Assembly: GCA_016182015.1 (NCBI GenBank) | Contig: JACOYC010000009.1 | Location: 6,953-70,952 of the forward strand | Origin: Nanobdellati archaeon | GTDB taxonomy: Archaea > Nanobdellota > Nanobdellia > UBA10117 | Direction of reading: 5' to 3' | Length of the DNA: 64,000 bases | Part shown: positions 59,525-64,000 of the stretch, in pieces | Numbering within the stretch: the stretch's first letter is position 1 | Layout of the letters: the number at the start of each line of letters is the position of its first letter | The notes under the pieces: generated by a model | Databases searched by the model: none | What the model saw: only the letters and a program-made list of their open reading frames with translations | What the model was told of the DNA's origin: nothing | Program-made: the position numbers and the translations under genes

Positions 59525-60766
59525 TCAAAAATCAAAAAGCATCTTCTGCTGGCCGTCAAACATGTCAATCTTTGGCTGCTGGCCAGGCCTTACCAGCTTG
59601 CCGTACTCGCCAGCTCCCCCGGGAATATATTGTATTTTGCCATTCCTGAAATGTTCAACGTAAGTTGCAACGTCCCTGCTAACTGACTCGAGCTCGGCGA
59701 TTGGAACATTAATCAGCGCGTTTATTTCTGTCCCAAACTTGTCAATAAACTTATGCCACTCTGCCTGCACTTTTTCAGACCAAGAATTTTTCACGCCGGA
59801 CGAAAGAGCGATAATTTCAGAAAGTGGTATTGCGTGTACGCAGGCCGGCCTGTGCTCTGGATGCTTGCCCTCTGGTAAATCCGCTAGCTCAGAATAAATT
59901 CTGTAGTCAACTCCCTTTTTGATTTGACCGCGGCACTTCGGGCATCTCCAGCCAAATTTTTCTGCGGTTTTTGGCTCAAAAAACGTCAGGCAGCCGCGGC
60001 ATCTTGTCTTATGATAACGGCCTTCTAACGGATTGAATTTAACATTGAGCGAACATTTCCTGCCGGCTTCCCGCTTCAAAACTTTTCCAATTTCCTCAAA
60101 GCTTATTTCTTTCATTTCAAAAACATTAAATTCCCTTCCAAGCCTGTTCGGCCACGGGGAGTGCGCATCAGAGTTTGACGTAAATGTCAACTCGTGGAGC
60201 TCTGAAATGCGGTCTGCCATATCAGTGTCAGCGCTCATTCCCAATTCCATAAAATAAATATTTTTCCACTGCGAGCCATAGGCCTGCTTGTAACTATTGA
60301 ATCTTGCTAAAAGACCGAAGTAAGGCGTAAATGCATGGGCAAAACCAACCAAACAGCCGGCTTCATTGCATATTTCTGCAATCTCTTCTGCACTCAGGCG
60401 AATCCTTGGCCTGCCGTCCTTGTCCAAATCTGTTGAATATTTTTTGAATTTTTCCTTAACTTCTATTACTTTAGAAAAACTCGGGAATAAAATTAAATGA
60501 TGAATGCTATCCGCGGAGCAGACCTCAGTACTTAAAATAAATTTTGTTCTGTTGCCGGCTTCAAAAATTGCTTCATCTGCGGTTGGTTTTAGCTCCGCTT
60601 TCACAATATGTTGCCAGCCCTCGTGCAAAATATCTGCTGACGAAACAAGCTGCAGGCCCTTGAGCGGTGCATTATCTGCAATTATTTGCGGAGTCATCCT
60701 TTCTGAAACAGCGCCCGCATATTTGCCATGAATATGCAAATCCGTATTTATTTTTACTAAGTTCAT
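59525..60766 (-). CDS. PHP-domain protein of the endonuclease Q (TIGR00375-like) type
   Basis: 413 aa. The N-terminus is TDLHIHGKYAGAVSERMT...LKGLQLVSSADILHEGW. The zinc finger is CRGCLTFF...WRCPKCRG. The family call is by eye. Confidence 0.55.
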   Translation of the reverse strand: MNLVKINTDLHIHGKYAGAVSERMTPQIIADNAPLKGLQLVSSADILHEGWQHIVKAELKPTADEAIFEAGNRTKFILSTEVCSADSIHHLILFPSFSKVIEVKEKFKKYSTDLDKDGRPRIRLSAEEIAEICNEAGCLVGFAHAFTPYFGLLARFNSYKQAYGSQWKNIYFMELGMSADTDMADRISELHELTFTSNSDAHSPWPNRLGREFNVFEMKEISFEEIGKVLKREAGRKCSLNVKFNPLEGRYHKTRCRGCLTFFEPKTAEKFGWRCPKCRGQIKKGVDYRIYSELADLPEGKHPEHRPACVHAIPLSEIIALSSGVKNSWSEKVQAEWHKFIDKFGTEINALINVPIAELESVSRDVATYVEHFRNGKIQYIPGGAGEYGKLVRPGQQPKIDMFDGQQKMLFDF

Positions 60767-60806
60767 AAAAACAAAAATAAACGGGCTTATAAAAATTATA
60801 GTTTGC

Positions 60807-61751
60807 TCAACCCAATGCCTGTACGGTCAGCTTTTTCGCGGCTTTCTGATCGTAGTAATACAACAAATTTACGCTTGTTAAATCCTCAAACGTGCCTGCT
60901 GGGACATCTGCCTTGCAAAACACTGTTGCTTCGCCGTTAACCAGCTTTACTTCTTTAACGATGCCAATACCGGAACCGCAGTCAAATACTGCATCGCCGA
61001 GCAAAACACCGCTAATCATTACTTTATCTGTATCGCGGGCCTGCGGATTATCGCACGAGAAACCAACCGTTTTTCCGCTGCCGGCATTTTTAATTGTAAG
61101 CTTAAAGCCTAAGCGGTTTGGCCCGCTTGGAATCTGCTCGGCAGACGCCACGCGAATTGGCCCACCCGAATTCACAATGATCTTTGAGCCAGACGTCTTG
61201 CAGGCATTCGCGCCCACGGTCTGCTTTAGCAGATTTTCTGTTACGCAGGTTGTTACAAACGCATTTGTTTCATATTTATAGCACACATCTGCAATAACAT
61301 TAAAATCAAACTGGCCGGTCGTCACAGGGCCGGAATATCTTAATCCCGTGAAATCAACAGTTGCACTCTCACCTGGCACCGCCTTGTTTCCGATTTTCTG
61401 CACGGGGCCGAGTTCTGGAAGGACACCCTGCTCTAAAGTTGGATTGCCAAAAGACGCAGGATTTATTCCGGTGATTTTTATTTTTCCGGTGCCGTCAATT
61501 CTTGCTTCGCCCTTGTTCTCGAGCTGGACAGAAATTCCAAACTCTTCGCCGGCGGAAACAGTATCTGTTGGCGCGCCAGGCACGAAACTTACGGCCAGCC
61601 CTTGCGAGCCGCCTACAAAAGGAGATGACTTCTGCACGGCCTGCTTCTTGCCGCCGGTACAGCCGGAAAATGCAACTAATGCAACTAAAAGTAAAATTAT
61701 AAATATCCTGCTTTTATTCATGGCCATGTTTTGCAACGCGACGCTTCGCAA
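60807..61751 (-). CDS. secreted lipoprotein-like protein (paralog A)
   Basis: 314 aa. The probable start is the internal MNKSRIFIILLLVALVAFSGCTGG (lipobox-like Cys). It is similar in layout to the next gene. Confidence 0.5.
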   Translation of the reverse strand: MRSVALQNMAMNKSRIFIILLLVALVAFSGCTGGKKQAVQKSSPFVGGSQGLAVSFVPGAPTDTVSAGEEFGISVQLENKGEARIDGTGKIKITGINPASFGNPTLEQGVLPELGPVQKIGNKAVPGESATVDFTGLRYSGPVTTGQFDFNVIADVCYKYETNAFVTTCVTENLLKQTVGANACKTSGSKIIVNSGGPIRVASAEQIPSGPNRLGFKLTIKNAGSGKTVGFSCDNPQARDTDKVMISGVLLGDAVFDCGSGIGIVKEVKLVNGEATVFCKADVPAGTFEDLTSVNLLYYYDQKAAKKLTVQALG

Positions 61752-61817
61752 ACGGGCGCAGTGAAGTTGGCGTTGTTACCTCACCAAAATATGCTATTCA
61801 ACCTTTTAAATACTTTA

Positions 61818-62810
61818 CTACAACTGCACTGGAATTACTGAAATCTGCTTATCTGTTTGCTGCTCATAACTATAAACGATATCAACGAATACCAAATCCT
61901 GATAATCTCCGCCCGTTATTTTCTTATTGAATGTGCATGTTCCTTTGCCAACGCCGTCTTTGTCAAATGATATTACCCAGTTATCGCCTGCCGCTAGTTT
62001 ATTTGCTGTCTTGCAGGTTGGCAATAAATCCTCAGTTCCGAACTGCAGCGAATGTACTACGACTTCGCCCACGCCCAGCTTGCCACGCCCGCGGCATTCC
62101 GTGCTGAGTGCCTGCCCGCCGCCGGTATTTTCCAGCCTGAAGTCAAAACGAACAGTTATCTCGTCCCCGCTCACAGTGGCAAGCTCGCTGAATTCTGTAA
62201 ACTGCACTGGCGCGCCAGAGCTTTTTATCTCGCGCGGGGCCAGCGGATCACAAACACCATCGCCCTTCGCGATGCACAGCTTTGAAATTCCTTTTGTTTC
62301 GTACGGGTAGCAGGCCTGAATGGAAAAGCTGACTGGCGCTTTTTCTGTCGGCGGAAGTATGCCTGTGTATTTTGCATCATAGTAAATTACTGTCCTGCCG
62401 CCCCCGACAAGCTGGTTGCCAACTCTATATTTATTCTCGAGCTGGCCTTCTGCTTCTGTCGGTACATGCCTAATGACCTGCTCGGACGCTATTCCAAAAT
62501 TATTTGCGTTTCCAAAATTCAGCTCAACCTCACCAGGCTGCAGGGCTTTTTCGCCGACATTTTCCACAAACAGCGCGATCTCGAACGGAATATCCTTGAA
62601 AACCTTGTCTGGCGGCGTGTTGTTCAAAAATTCCATCTTCAGCCCTTCAGTGCCGCCGGCAAAGCCTTCTGCCTGCAGCTGCTGCTGGCCAACACATCCG
62701 CTGACAGCTATAAGCGCCGCAAACAGCAAAACCCAAGCCAAACGGCGTTTGGCTGGGCGCAGCGAATGACAGTCCGCTTGCGCAAATTTAATTTTTCCCG
62801 CCATTATCAT
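61818..62810 (-). CDS. secreted lipoprotein-like protein (paralog B)
   Basis: 330 aa. It has RLAWVLLFAALIAVSGCVGQ and shares motifs with paralog A (F.GG..GL...F......D.V.....F.I...L.N.G). It ends with a similar YYYDQ/YSYEQ...V segment. Confidence 0.5.
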   Translation of the reverse strand: MIMAGKIKFAQADCHSLRPAKRRLAWVLLFAALIAVSGCVGQQQLQAEGFAGGTEGLKMEFLNNTPPDKVFKDIPFEIALFVENVGEKALQPGEVELNFGNANNFGIASEQVIRHVPTEAEGQLENKYRVGNQLVGGGRTVIYYDAKYTGILPPTEKAPVSFSIQACYPYETKGISKLCIAKGDGVCDPLAPREIKSSGAPVQFTEFSELATVSGDEITVRFDFRLENTGGGQALSTECRGRGKLGVGEVVVHSLQFGTEDLLPTCKTANKLAAGDNWVISFDKDGVGKGTCTFNKKITGGDYQDLVFVDIVYSYEQQTDKQISVIPVQL

Positions 62811-62815
62811 GCACC

Positions 62816-64000
62816 TTAAAGTTTAGGATTGTAAACTGTAACTGTTGCTATTTTCTTATTTATATAATCATAGTCAAGAACAGCAAACATAAAAAAACTT
62901 CCGTACGGACCTGTCAGCTTGTCATTACTAATTTTAACTTTGAGGTAAAAAGTCTTTGAATCAACTGGCTCAAGCCTTATAACCGACCTTCCGCCGAGCG
63001 CGCTGTCTTTCAGCGTGCACTTTACAATCCCCTGTTCTGGCAGGTTATATGTTTCAACTTCATTTTTTGTTGGTGATTTTGGATTTCCATCGCTGTCAAA
63101 ACAGCTAAAATCCTCCTGATCGTTGTCAGGATAAATCGTAACTGGGTATGGGCTTGGCACAAATATTTTCACCCGGGGTTCTCTGGTGCTAGAATCCTTT
63201 ATCCTGATAAGTGCGTCGCCGCTGTGCGTGGCAGGATTAGAAATGCTTGCGCCAAGATAATATGCATTCTCGAACCTGCCTCCCAACACATCAGTCATAT
63301 CAGTTACTATTATTTCTTCATTTCCTGCCAGGCCAAGGCCAAGATTAACAGAATCATCGCCGTACTGCCAGGACTTCACCGCATCCTTGCTTATGCCGAT
63401 GCCGGCCAGCTTGTCATCACCGGCGTTTACAAAAGTATCTGCGTCAGTGTAATAATACTGCTTGCCTGCCCTGAGTTCTGTTCCAACAGATTGGACTTTA
63501 ACATCGACAGGAACATCGCGGGACTCGCCGGCATTTAACCCGCCGGTTGCGGCATCCGCATATGCGTGCGAACAGGAAAATTTCCTGTCCCGTATGTCAT
63601 CGCCCAGTATTACACCTGGGCTTGTCTCGCCTTCAATCTGACAGGCCCAACTGACTAATCGATTAGTAAAAAGGCTTTTGACTTTTTCATCTGCGCTCTC
63701 AAGCGTTTCTGCAGAAATTATTGCCTTGGCCTCTTTGCCCAGCAGGCCAACCGCGGAAACCCTGCCCCGAATAATTAAATTCTGGCCTGGCAAAAATGAT
63801 TCTCTCAGCGGCACAACATCGTCAATCTTAACGCCGACATCTTTTTGTTCAACATACTGTGACTCGACATTTTCAGAATTCCATACATCTGTCGGGTTAT
63901 AAGTGCCAGCCACAACCTGCTGAACTATGTTTATCGGGCCTTCAACGCCCCTGATGCCTTCGGTTGCGGCAATAGTAGAGCTTGTCCCAAGAGAACCGAA
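62816..64000 (-). CDS. hypothetical secreted protein, 5' end beyond the window
   Basis: The ORF track begins at a GTG (63913). The reading frame stays open to the window edge (29 further codons: FGSLGTSSTIAATEGIRGVEGPINIVQQV), so the gene is probably longer. Confidence 0.45.
   Translation of the reverse strand, partial: FGSLGTSSTIAATEGIRGVEGPINIVQQVVAGTYNPTDVWNSENVESQYVEQKDVGVKIDDVVPLRESFLPGQNLIIRGRVSAVGLLGKEAKAIISAETLESADEKVKSLFTNRLVSWACQIEGETSPGVILGDDIRDRKFSCSHAYADAATGGLNAGESRDVPVDVKVQSVGTELRAGKQYYYTDADTFVNAGDDKLAGIGISKDAVKSWQYGDDSVNLGLGLAGNEEIIVTDMTDVLGGRFENAYYLGASISNPATHSGDALIRIKDSSTREPRVKIFVPSPYPVTIYPDNDQEDFSCFDSDGNPKSPTKNEVETYNLPEQGIVKCTLKDSALGGRSVIRLEPVDSKTFYLKVKISNDKLTGPYGSFFMFAVLDYDYINKKIATVTVYNPKL

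Noticed and set aside
1-64000. CRISPR arrays, rRNA genes, transposases/IS elements and integrases.
   Set aside because: No regularly spaced short direct repeats, no rRNA-like conserved strings, and no DDE, serine or tyrosine recombinase motifs were noticed in any long ORF. The absence is judged by eye only.

Overview
This is an archaeal chromosome fragment. The housekeeping genes (L44e, S27e, aIF2-alpha, fused PriS-PriL primase, GINS-like, EndA, PolX, bacterial-type LeuRS, HisRS) and tRNA genes split by several long introns suggest a small-genome DPANN-like archaeon; the lineage is inference only. (1) 1-3163 holds a partial endA, a small ORF, and an MNT/HEPN toxin-antitoxin cassette lying between a decayed duplicate of the rnz 5' end and the intact rnz. 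(2) 3160-41917 is a ~39 kb accessory block in which 25 of 27 genes are on the minus strand with very short or negative spacers. Its outer parts encode surface proteins with signal peptides, C-terminal anchors and repeated beta-sandwich domains. Its core (11007-37959) reads as a composite membrane-remodelling plus ubiquitin-like conjugation system. That core has two ESCRT-III-like proteins, two tandem MIT-AAA+ (Vps4/CdvC-like) ATPases, a tandem-ThiF E1-like enzyme, a JAMM/MPN+ peptidase and a 477-aa protein with a UBC(E2)-like C-terminal motif. It also has a MIT-transglutaminase-like protease, two SPFH/band-7-like proteins, a 1495-aa TPR protein, long coiled-coil proteins and a Pro-rich zinc-ribbon protein. 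No ubiquitin-like, ESCRT-I/II or CdvA gene is recognisable by eye. (3) 41978-60766 holds housekeeping genes. tRNA-Arg(UCU) and tRNA-His(GUG) are each interrupted by two to three introns carrying conserved hairpins, and one intron module recurs in-frame inside leuS. This zone also has a decayed family-4 UDG, a duplicated polX 5' end and a 151-nt structured intergenic element. (4) 60807-64000 holds three secreted or lipoprotein genes. No rRNA, CRISPR array or transposase was seen. All family assignments come from motif reading by eye; no database search was run.
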